From contig OZ024745.1 in NCBI GenBank assembly GCA_964016885.1, positions 94,736,001-94,800,000 of the forward strand: a DNA stretch of 64,000 bases. Reading direction: 5' to 3'. The translations under genes and the position numbers were made by a program. The notes under the pieces are model-generated. The model ran no database searches. It worked only from the letters and a program-made list of their open reading frames with translations, and was not told the DNA's origin. This document shows positions 1 through 11,309 of the stretch, piece after piece; positions within the stretch are counted from its first letter, which is position 1, and every line of letters starts with the position of its first letter. The stretch is from Eledone cirrhosa. Lineage: Eukaryota.

Positions 1-146
1 CCACCACTGCATCATCGCTACCCCCACTATTCCCTACTACCTCCTGTTAAGAGAGGGATGGTAGTAGTGCCACTACACATGAATAAAAGTGAGGAGGGGC
101 ATCAAAAGATATAAATAGACTGATTTAGTGACCCGGTCAAACAGCT
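1..146 (+). promoter_or_regulatory. Duplicated TATA-box-containing segment (paralog at ~25220-25385)
   Basis: CAAAAGATATAAATAGA-x-TGA-x-TT-x-GTGACC core and the upstream ccaccac...catcatcgc...cctgttaa align with 25220-25385. Promoter function is inferred from the TATAAAT only. Confidence 0.35.
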
Positions 147-565
147 AACAACAACAACAACACCAAAATAATTATTGTTGTTGTATCTCTAAACACTCTC
201 AAAATGTTTAGTTTAAACGATGTCAAATCTAAACTATAATATAATAATAATAATAAGCAGCAAGTCGAAAGATTATAGAACAGAACACAGACAAAAACAA
301 ATCCAAATTACAAAAAACAAATTTCAAAAGTTTTGAACGCAACAACCCCTACTTCCCACGTAGCTAAAATCAAAAACAGCAGCAGCAGCAGCAACAACAA
401 CAACACTAGTAACCGATGTTACTGGCCTTGAAAAACGAAAAACGTAAAGGAAAAAACACACAAACAAGCAAACAAACAAAAAACTAAGTCAGACATTCAA
501 ACATTACAATGAAACTTATGTTTATTTTAAAAAGTTTTTATCTATTTATTTGTTTATTTATTTAT

Positions 566-3000
566 GTTCGACTTCAGCGTGATGGTGCCACGCTAAAATC
601 ACCGGGGGGTGATGAAATCACTGGGGGTGATAAAATCACTGGGATGATGAAATCACCGATGGTTATGTAACCATACATTCACCAATCCTCGATATGAGTG
701 TTTAAATGTCGAACCTAAACAGTTCGAATAACGGTGAAACGTCATGTGTCAGACTCTCACGCAGCAAGTGCCCCCTTGCCCAGCAGCAGGGACCTGGCTG
801 TCATCCAAATACTGCTGGTGTTGGAGGAAGAAGAAGAAGGAAAGGCACAAGAACCAACTGGACGAAAGAATTGAATTGAACTATCATGGAATGTTACCTG
901 GAGAGTAACCCCAAGGAAAAAGGCTATAGGAAACGGATGCATAACATCTGGAACGAGATTGGTCTATTTAAATTAGATGAACAAAAATTGGCCGGGCAGG
1001 CTCGGGTAATAAGAACTAATGGGTGGATAAGCGAGTTGGCACTGGAGGAACTGAGCAGAGAGATTAAGTTGGAAATGGAGAGAGGAGTATGTCAGACAAA
1101 CGAGCCAGCGGGAAATGAAGGTGAAGAGGTTGAAAGAACGGAGGAAGCATCCGAAGCAGACAATGATCTGAATGCTGAAATAAATAACATCTGGAACAAA
1201 GATACGGCCATTGAGGAAATGAATGCTGACAGGCTAGGACAAGATTTGGTTGATATCCTAAACTTAGTGGTAGGTGAAATGAACAATGATAGTGGGAAAC
1301 CTATGAACCGAAGATTTGTAGACAGGAAAAAAAAAGAAACAACAGCTAAGGTAAACAAAGTCATCCCAGACCTCGAGGCGAGGAACTTTCACCAATGCAA
1401 CAATATCCTCAAAGCAACATCAAATGCGGTGAGGAAATTACTTGGCATAAAAACGAGAGGAAACAACAAACAAGAAATATCAGAACCTTGGTGGAAGAAA
1501 CGACTGAATGGTCAAATCAAGGAAATGAGAAATGACATTGGAAAGCTTGAGTCCCTACTGAATGGGACACTACAAAACATAGACACTAAAATGGACTGGA
1601 AATAAAGTACAAAACTAGGAGGAAAAAGGTAAATATCATCATAGAGGAACTGAAGCAACGCATTGTAGCAAAAAGTGTATAGATTAGGCGGTATGAAAGC
1701 AGAGTCAGTCAGTATAGACAAAACCGCATGTTTGACAACAGCCAGAAGATGTTGTTTGGACAGCTTGAAGGGAAAGAAAGAGGCAACGACTTGATCCCTG
1801 AGGCGGAACAGACTAAGATATTCTGGAGAGGAATATGGGAGCAGGATGTTGAACATAATGACCAGGCAGTGTGGATTGAGACAATACAAAAAGAGATTAG
1901 TGAACAAGAACACCAACAAACTGATTTGAGTATCACAGTTGATACTCTTAAAGGGCAGGCCAAAAAACTAACCAACTGGAAATCACTAGGCCCAGATGGT
2001 GTGCAGGGGTATTGGATCAGAAATATAACATCCCTCCACCCGAAACTGACAACCATGTTCAATGATTGCTTGATGTCAGGTGAGGTACGAGAGTGGTTGA
2101 CAAAAGGTACCACAGTTCTGGTAATGAAAGACCGAATCAAGGGTAATGATGTTACCAACTATAGACCTATCAAATGTCTGTCCGTAATGTGGAAACTGTT
2201 AACAAGCATTGTGTCTGAGGGAATCTACCATCACCTCCGCATAAACAACTTGTTACCGGACGAACAGAAAGGATGCCGAAAGAAGTCCCGTGGTACAAAA
2301 GACCAGTTACTTATTGATAAGATGGTAATGAGGAATTGCAAGAGGAGGCACACTGGTCTTGCCATGGGATGGATAGATTACAAAAAGGCATTCGACATGG
2401 TACCTCATTGTTGGATAACCAAAAGCCTAGAGATCTTCAAGGTGGCAGATAACATCAGCCAGTTGTTGAGCGAAAGTATGAAGTCCTGGGAAAGAGAGTT
2501 AACATCGGGTGGAGAATCCTTGGGAGGAGTGAAGATCAAGAGAGGTATCTTCCAGGGAGATTGTTTGTCCCCTCTGCTGTTTGTTATTGCCCTGATATCC
2601 CTGACCATTATACTGCGAAAAGTGAGTGCAGGATACAAGTTGGGAAAAGGAGAGCTTACCATCAATCACCTCCTCTTCATGGACGATCTTAAACTTTTTG
2701 GGAAGAGTGAGAAGGAGTTGGTTGTACTTGTTGACACTCTCCGTATATTCAGCAATGATATATGTATGGAATTTGGTATTAATAAGTGTGGAGCCCTAGT
2801 GATGAAGAGGGGGTAAATTGAGCAGAAGCAACGGAATCCAGGTACCAACAGGTGAGATGATAAAGGAAATTGACACTGAAGAAGGATACAAATATTTAGG
2901 TGTTCTGAATGCAGATGACATCAAGAACAAAAAAAAAAATGAAGGAATTGATAAGATCTGAGTACATTAGGAGAGTAAGGAGCGTATTAAAATCAAACTT
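566..3000 (+). mobile_element. R4/Dong-clade (RLE-type) non-LTR retrotransposon, 3'-truncated and degraded
   Basis: Frame opens at ATG 706, with TGA at 877. N-terminal WTKELN*TIMECY..S.P...GYRKRM motif. RT motifs NYRPI, EQKGCRK, WIDYKKAFD, GIFQGD.LSP, HLLFMDDLKL. Several stops and frameshifts; breaks off at ~3000. Confidence 0.88.
1728..2816 (+). pseudogene. Reverse transcriptase domain fragment of the R4/Dong element
   Basis: 362-aa ORF with the full RT motif series including FMDD; flanked by disablements. Confidence 0.9.
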
Positions 3001-3003
3001 TAT

Positions 3004-3680
3004 AAATGCGTCCACCACAGGGATTCTTTCGCCATGGTCACTAAGTAGATAAAAGCTGCCGTTTTTTCCCGACTAAAGGAGGAGCGGGTGGGGTCGATAC
3101 TGACGATCTAGTTAGCTGATAGCCGAATCTGTCCTACACATGACAGGAGGTGTTCGACATAAGCCCACAAGTCAGCCATATTCGAACCCTGGACGAGTGC
3201 ATGTTATACGGTTTCCTCGCCATGCGCCTATCTTGGAGAGGCCCGGTTGACGGCACTTCCATGCCTGTAGAATTGATCTCGAATTGGAAATTCTCCCCCG
3301 GTCGTACGACCAGGAAAGGGATTCTTGAAAGTTATCCATGGGCCCTGGACCGAGTGTTCTCAAGAAAAGTGTGGTTAGTTGATTTTCGGCCCCGCTCAGA
3401 TTCTCCTCAAGAACGTCGTTGCAGGACGGTCAGGTGGCAGGAGATGACGATCACAATGCACGCAGTCATCACCTGTACCAAACCTTTCAAGAACGAGACT
3501 GGTCAACTTGCTCGTTACCTAGTCCCATCTTTAGTCCATTTGGAGGTTCGAACCAAAAAAGACCTGCCCAATTGAACCGATCCCTCCGCATAACGTCCGA
3601 TGACATTATTGAATAGCAAGGACCTGGCGCTCCTGGTGCTGAGCCGCAAGCCCACCGACGTTTCCTCGTTAATTTTTGTA
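3004..3680 (-). mobile_element. Internally deleted fragment of Tx1-type ORF2, a diverged relative of the 18.6-24.7 kb element
   Basis: Nucleotide similarity to ~19100-19600 and ~19990-20210; peptide RTLGPGPMDNFQESLSW matches RTFGPGPMDNFQKSLAW in the intact ORF2. Confidence 0.85.
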
Positions 3681-3779
3681 TATCACATTCATAATTTACA
3701 GCTACAACCCCCCCCCCCCCGAATGAAACTACAATAATAGTTTTTAATAGTTTTATCTGAAAAGAATATAACTAGAAAC

Positions 3780-6700
3780 TAACAATAAGAGTAGCTTTGT
3801 ATTTTTACAGTCGAAAGTGTATAGGAATATACTTTCTCAATATTAAAAAAGATAGACATAGAAGTAGAATATACAAAGAAAGAATTCATTACGAAATGAC
3901 AAATGGCGAACAAAAACCAAAAGATGAATGTATAAACCAGCAAGAACTTGAACCACGGGGATAGCCCTAACAATTTCAAAATAAGGAAACGTAATATAAA
4001 CAAACCCTAGAAAACCTGCAAAATATTAACCAGAATAGACTCAATCAGGACAAGGTAAATAAAAAGATAAATATAAGGAATAAGAAAATGTTTTAAGAAT
4101 AGAAACGCTTAAAGATGAAAATAATAAATATGGCGATAATATAAAGGTGGGAATTATTGAAAATTAAAACTTATACAAGATCTTCACATATAGTAAGAGA
4201 AATACTATCCAGGGATCTAGAACGTATTGATGAAATAGAAGTAAAAAAAACGCAATTTGGTCATTTCAGAGTTAATGAAAACAGACATGAAAATCAATAT
4301 CGCCAGGATAAACGACATAGTGTATAGAACATCCATAATAGTTACCTATAAAAACTGGAACTTCGTTATATATACTCGTATAGGTATAGCAAAATCGAAG
4401 CAAACAACTTGGAAATCAAACAAGAAAAAAGATAGAAAATAAACAATAACACGTCTTGATCAATAAGGAAATCAACAACAAAAAATACAACTGGAAACAA
4501 AAAAGGGAAGGTAACTATTATTGTGGTGCAACACAACAAACAAGAAATATCCGAAATCAAAGAACGACTAAAGAAATAATCAAAAGTGAAGATTCTTTCA
4601 ACAAAATGGTGATTTTATCATGAACTAGATAAAAATAAAATAGGAATCAATGCAGCACGGGAAGAATTACGAGAAGGAATGTAGATAAAGAAATAATCAC
4701 TATGGACGGAATTGTTGAAAACCACGAACACAACATCTGAGCAATTGCAGGCGCAAAATTATAGTCTGCAATACAAGTGGTAAGAAACTCTCAGGTGAGC
4801 TGAACAGCAGAAAGTGTCTTCAGAGAAACCTTCCCAAATGTAAATGTTTCGGCCCTTAACTAAGGAGACCAGGTTGTATCCAGGTTATAACTCCTGAGTG
4901 ACCTGCTAACATGTTTGAGCAACTTGGATATGGGAAACTTGTGCATTAAAACCATATGGGTATTTTATTGGCAAGAACTAGCTGGAGCTCCTCTCCGTTG
5001 CCTCTGCTTTCAAAATTGTATCTAAAAGCTTTTTTGAGTTGGGAAAAATGATACATAATTGGCTAGGAGACAGTCAGAGACAGCATCTGACTGTCTTACC
5101 GAGAGAAAATCTATTTTACAAACACTAAAGAAAGAGTAAACCCTAACAACTACAGACATTAGCTACTTTCTTACATTCCAATTACAATGCAGGTCAAAGA
5201 ATAAATAAATTCCTAGAAATAATCGATTTGTTTCTCGCAGAGCAGAAGTATGCTACAAAAACTCATATGACTGTAAATATGAACATATTTCCCCAGCATA
5301 TTAAATCAAACTGGACTCCTGTACAATTGCTAAAGATAAAGAATCAACTACTTGTGTATGCACGACCTCAGATTTTAAGTTGTAAATAACTGACAACGAA
5401 AAACACTGCTGTCAACCCGAAATCATGAAGAGAAAACTGCAGGTTTGAGAATAAAAATGTTAATATCATATGAGCTGATGAAACAGGTAAAAAAAATAGA
5501 CAAACGACATTTTTTACAAATATTTTGGAATCATTGAATGAGACACACATGTCGGGATATAAAAAAATGCATTAAAATTTTACTTTAATATGTTTACTGC
5601 AAAACATAAGGTAATAATCATCAATACTTCTCCCATAATTGAACTAGAGAGACCACATAACAAAAAAAAAATATGAATGACTTTATGTCTAGTAAATCAC
5701 CCAGCGTCTGACATAAGAAGATTATATTTAGCACGTATACATGGAGCCATGGGTGTTATGCAAATAGAAAATTACTATAGGGCAACAAACTATCAAGTGA
5801 AGAATAATGGAAAAGTAATAAAAAACTGGAACAAAATAAAAGTCTGTTTCCTGTCTTCAAGGAAGCCAACAAATACGAAACAGGCTGAAATGACAAACAT
5901 TTCAAAGTGAAAAGAAGAAACTGAAATTGTGATAAAAGCAAATCAATATTCTAAAATGTCCTACAAAATACAATGCTAAATCTATGGTAAGTAAAAATAA
6001 ACTTGAAAAACTGGACAGGATTAAAAGAGACAAAGATAAAGTGGAACACTGGCTAAGAAGCGAAGGGCTGACATCTGAGATGGAGGGAGTCTTTTCTGTG
6101 GGACAGGATCAAACCTTTACTGTCAGAAACCACCAGGAACGTGTAATTAAGCAGAATAGATTAACTGTATATGGGGCTTTGAGGAAAATACTTAATTATA
6201 TTAATAGGGGTATATATGAAGATATATAGGATATGTTTATGTATAATAAATATAGAATAATCTCGCTAAAATATAATCACAGCTTAGAAAATTCACAGCA
6301 AGATTATTGCATGTTTATTACACATAAAGTATCACTTTATTACACATAAAGTATACACTTCTATTATGAAACACTTCATGTTAGTGCTACTGCTCTGTAA
6401 TTACATTGTTTCTGGCTGTTCAATTCTAGCCAATAGAGAAGAGCCTTTCATTCACTGGAAGTTACATCAGTATTATGCAATACCAACAGAAAACATTTTG
6501 TCTAAATATACAACAGAAATGATTGATTTAAGAAATGACAAAGCAACCATACCATGTATAAATTCATATAGACAAAGTGAGTAAAACTAAACGACAGAGC
6601 AATGTTATCAATGACAAACAAGAAGGCAACTGTCGATGTATTTCTAGAAAAATAAAGGAATTACCAATTTATAAGCATTAAATAATAAATAGGGACTGAA

Positions 6701-6850
6701 AACAAAAGCAATTCTTACGAAACAGGTCGTTTCCTAAATGATTGAAAAACATGCAGAACATGTAGACTAAACCCCAGATCCGACAAATATGCACAATATA
6801 GAAAAAATATCAAAAAACACAAAACCAAATCTCTTCACATACCAAAGCAG
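3780..6850 (+). mobile_element. Highly decayed R4/Dong-type retrotransposon relic
   Basis: Residual peptides NNYR (~5145), EQK (~5240), HPASDIRRLYLAR..G..G (~5700) and HWLRSEGLTSEMEG...QDQ (~6050) occur in the same order as in the 25.8-29.8 kb element. Boundaries approximate. Confidence 0.65.
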
Positions 6851-7710
6851 AAATGTGTGCTCGGCTGAGAAGTCAAACCTTGTACCAACGTTAAAACCTC
6901 GAGAACACAATATATTTATTTCTCACAAAGTTTTACCACATTATACACAACTGCTAGACAAGTGTCTTAAAAGATATATCCATGCATATATATAAAATAA
7001 ACAGTAATACTACATAACAGGTTAAAAATTAACTACTGTATAAAATTAAAAATAATATAAAGAAGCAAAGTAACCTACTCACAATGCGAAACCATCACCG
7101 AGAGAGGAAAATGACACATAATGACATTAACATTAACATGGGCATACTTTGGTCATTCTTGGCCGCAACATACAGACACACTTCATGAACAGGACCTCCC
7201 ATCCAGACCAATTTTGCAACTAATTAAGTCTAACTATAAATATATTTATGTCCAACCATAAATATTTGGTTTTCTTCGTCACTCATATTATTTTTTATTT
7301 GATAATAGTTAATGATCCTTGTGGCCAATAAATGAAATCATTATATAATAGTTAATGTTAGTTAATAACCACCCTACTAACTCTGTAGAATGAGAGAGTT
7401 GTCGTACTACCGAATACATTACTCTATAGACATATGTTTGAATGTTTGACAATATTGTGGATGCAAGGTGCCTTTCGTCGGTATAAGTCAGACTCAGGAG
7501 GAAATGGATTCGAGAACCACATACTTGACTCGAAAACAATATCTATTCACTGTAGAGTATGGGTGTCGAAGCCTACACACACACATATATATATATATTT
7601 ATATATGTATGATGGCTGCCCCCTCGTTATCGAGTATGGCCATTGCACGATATAGCATTATTGATAACTGTGCTTGAGATTTTTTTGTTAAAGTGAGAAA
7701 AGACTATTCG

Positions 7711-7750
<40 letters not shown>

Positions 7751-8069
7751 GCATAGATATATGCGTAAGCATTTGTAATCTTATTTTGATATCTCTCTCT
7801 CTCTCTCTCTTTCTCTGTAATATATATATACATGATTTTATCGTTGTGTATAAGATTATGATTGTTAAAGAAGCATATGTATAAAAATATATCATGTTAC
7901 TTCATTAGTTGTATTGCAATTTTTATTTTCCAATAAATAGTTGTTTGTATTAACAACATTCATTAAAACATATTTGATAATATATTTATATACATTTCTG
8001 TCTGTTTCCCCTTCTCTCTCTTGATATATATATGGATATAACAAACATGAATATAAATATAAATAACAA

Positions 8070-8108
<39 letters not shown>

Positions 8109-8782
8109 AATATTTCTTATGAAGTATATATATGTACACCTTTATATATATTTGAAGATAAGTATATAATTATAGATTTACTTATATATGTTATTAAATA
8201 TACATATATGGGTATATATATAGTTATAAATACACATATGCATATACTAACATACACATATATAATATATATATATAATGTATTAGGCTGAAAGCCATTT
8301 TCACTTCCTTTCGAATATTCACAATTTCAGTCAGACGGCAGTCCGACAGGCATGGTTTCAGAAAATCAATAAATTTAACTAGTAACTAGTGGACGAACAT
8401 ACACACAGACACATAAATATACACCTGTATACACATATATGACAGCACACACAGACGCACTTACGCACACTTATACATACAGAGACACACAGTCATCACA
8501 TATATATTTGCATGCGTTAAGTGCCTTTCTCCAAATACTCTCTTTTTCTCTCATGTGCGTGCATGTATAACGGTCCATATTATGTGTGTGTATATATGTA
8601 TAGGTATGAATATCTTTATATACACACATATACGGATACGTCTTTTGTATTTATTACGTATCATTAAATTCCTCGTAGCAATATAATTACTTTCATTCTT
8701 TTAAAATCTTCTACTTAATATTTTCCTACGTCTCACTACGAAATCGAATTGACTTAGTGACTTATTTGCAAATAAACCTCCC

Positions 8783-8786
<4 letters not shown>

Positions 8787-8829
<43 letters not shown>

Positions 8830-8862
8830 ATACACGCACACGCACACACACACACACACACA

Positions 8863-8920
<58 letters not shown>
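8787..8920. repeat. (TA)n/(CA)n compound microsatellite
   Basis: Directly visible; flanks the fold-back element. Confidence 0.95.
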
Positions 8921-8923
<3 letters not shown>

Positions 8924-9320
8924 GTAAAATGACGAATTGTTATGCTTTTATTACGGTATTGAGTAGTGACGCGCGTTTCGCTATTGATCAGCTCAAGGTT
9001 CGAGCTGTATCGATCTGGCCAGACTCTGGAATCAAAAGCTCGTCGGACCTTTGCTGTGTCTCATTACCACAGCAAACGTCCGACGAGCTTTTGATTCCAG
9101 AGTCGGACCAGATCGGTACAGATCGAACCTTGAGTTGATCAATAGTGAAACGCGCGTCACTAATCAATAAACGTAATGGAGGCATAACAATTCATCCTTT
9201 TACTATTATATTTACACTCTGTTTAGTTCTACACATCGTTACAGACGGGAAACTACGCATCGAGTGCTCACTTGGCTGAACCTACAGTAACAGCACGTTA
9301 CACTCCCTATCTGTTAGATA
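8921..9320 (+). mobile_element. Fold-back Penelope-like pLTR element with ~140-bp inverted arms and a variant hammerhead motif
   Basis: Arms 8921-9058 and 9068-9206, 9-nt loop. CCGACGA (9080)...GAAACGCGCGTC (9147-9158). Sits next to (TA)n; second copy at ~16727-16967. Confidence 0.7.
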
Positions 9321-10013
9321 CGCAGTGACTATCAACAGAATGTTTTAAGTGTCCGTGTCTGACATATATGCGTAGCTTGTGAATAAAAAATTCAAGGGGT
9401 GTCCGTAGCCGTGGTGATCCTTGCTAAACATGTTTTGTAATGTATCGTCTTATTGGCTAATCAACCAATGAGAGTAATTGTTGCTCACAAGCATCCGGTA
9501 TTTTGTTTGCACGTTTATTTATCGTTTCGCTTTCGAATCTTCCTCCTGTATTTCGTCGTTTTGGTAAGTTATATTGTTAATTTATATATGATTTTTTAAA
9601 TTTATATTAACTATTTTTTTCCAGTTCGTTATAACATGCTTATACTATTGGTTGTACCATATTTACTTGTATATTTGTCCATATTATTGTTCGTTTTATG
9701 TTAGATTATTTTATTATTATTATGTTAGATTATTTTGTTATTATTATGTTAGACTATTTGTATGTAATATTTAATTTTTATTAATTCAACTATAACAATT
9801 ATTATGTAAAATATATTTATTTAATATTGATTGTTTTTTGTAGTTGTTTATATTAAAAGTCTGAAAATATTTTTATACATCTTACAATAATATTTATAAG
9901 ATCATTTATAAATTAACAATTATATAATCTAATTATATTACAACGATAATTTATTATTAATATATATCATGTTTAACTAGTGCTATTACAAGCGTTGCCT
10001 TAAAAAAAATTAA

Positions 10014-10289
10014 ACTAGACCTGAAAAATCCGCAAGCTCAAAAGAGCCACAGAATGTTGTAATAAACCTTCAAAAGTGTTCGACTAGAGTTGTTGCTCAA
10101 AAATATTGTAATCATTATCTATCGTACATCATGTGGCATCCTTTATAAAAATATCACAATAAATACATCTAGAGTGTACGATAGATAATGATTACAATAT
10201 TTTTGAGCAACAACTCTAGTCCCACAATTTTGAAGGTTTATTATAACATTCTGCGGCTCTTTTGAGCTTGCGCATTTTTCAGGTCTAGT
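10014..10289. mobile_element. MITE-like fold-back element with ~115-bp terminal inverted repeats
   Basis: ACTAGACCTGAAAAAT at 10014 and ATTTTTCAGGTCTAGT ending 10289; arms 10014-10128 and 10175-10289; no ORF. Confidence 0.75.
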
Positions 10290-10366
10290 CTATATATATA
10301 TATTTATATATATATATATATAGGTGCAAACTCTTCAGTCATTTGTGACCAAAGGGGCTTTTACCG

Positions 10367-10412
<46 letters not shown>

Positions 10413-10423
10413 TATTTATAAAA

Positions 10424-10733
10424 AGCACCAAAGAATCGAAACGTTTTTAAACTAACACATGTTTTAGTCGACAGAACTACGTCCGTAGGGTTGTATAGTT
10501 ACATAATTAGAAATTTTAAAATTATTTAAAAACATTTTTTTCAAAAAAATCTTTTTCAAAATTCATTTATGGTTTTATACTGTGACCATCGGGAATGGTA
10601 TAAAATTTTGAAAACATAAAAAAAAAGATTTCTTTAAGTATTTACAAATCTTTAATTACGTAACTATACAACCTCGGGACGAAGTTCTATCGGCTAAAAT
10701 ACGTGTTAGTATAAAAAGGTATTGTTTGGTGCT
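10424..10733. mobile_element. Older diverged MITE-like fold-back element
   Basis: AGCACCAAA...ACTAACACATGTTTTAGTCGACAGAACTACGTCC...GTTGTATAGTTACATAATTA is imperfectly reverse-complementary to ~10653-10733. Confidence 0.65.
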
Positions 10734-10802
10734 CTAAACCTTATGGTAAAGCTTCGACCCAATAATAAAGATACTGTTACTATCATTAATATATATATAG
10801 AA

Positions 10803-11157
10803 GGGTGGTGGATTGGCAGTATCAGACACCATGCTTTGCAGCATAGAGTTACGCCCCTTTATGATAACAGTTCAAATGCCGCCGAGGTTAACTATGCCTT
10901 TCATTCTTACGTTGTCTATAAAATAACGCACCAGTAATGCACTGGGGTCGATATAATCATCTCTCCCTAAAATTGTTGGCCTTGTGCCTATATAAGAAAC
11001 CATTAAGAGTCGGACACCATGTTTTGCAGCATAGTTACGGCCCTTTACGGTCTGAGTTCAAATCCCGTCGAGGTTAACTTACGGGGTCGATAAAATAAAG
11101 TACCAGTAACGTACTGGAATAATTGCTGGCCTTGTGCCAAAAGTAGAAACAATTATT
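10803..11157 (+). mobile_element. Two tandem tRNA-derived SINE copies (10803-11005 and 11006-11157)
   Basis: A-box-like GGATTGGCAG, B-box-like GTTCAAATCC/GTTCAAATGC, body GAGGTTAAC...GGGGTCGATAAAATAAAGTACCAGT...GGCCTTGTGCC repeated elsewhere in the window. Confidence 0.75.
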
Positions 11158-11177
11158 AATACATATATATATATATA

Positions 11178-11309
11178 TAGGAAAAGAATCAGGACTCAGA
11201 CGGCAGAACTCCGGCCGTTTCGACAGCTAGATCCCCACTCTACTAGCCTAAGTATTGAGTACTCTGGTGCGTTGTAGTCCACCTGGTATCTTACAACATC
11301 CTCTTTGTT
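11178..11309 (+). mobile_element. Penelope-like pLTR fragment related to 14150-14341
   Basis: Shares CCCACTCTACTA..CTAAGTATTGAGTACT..GGTGCGTT...GTCCACCTGGT with 14266-14320. Inverted 5' part reads GAAACGGCCGGAGTTCTGCCGTC on the minus strand. Flanked by (TA)n on both sides. Confidence 0.65.
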
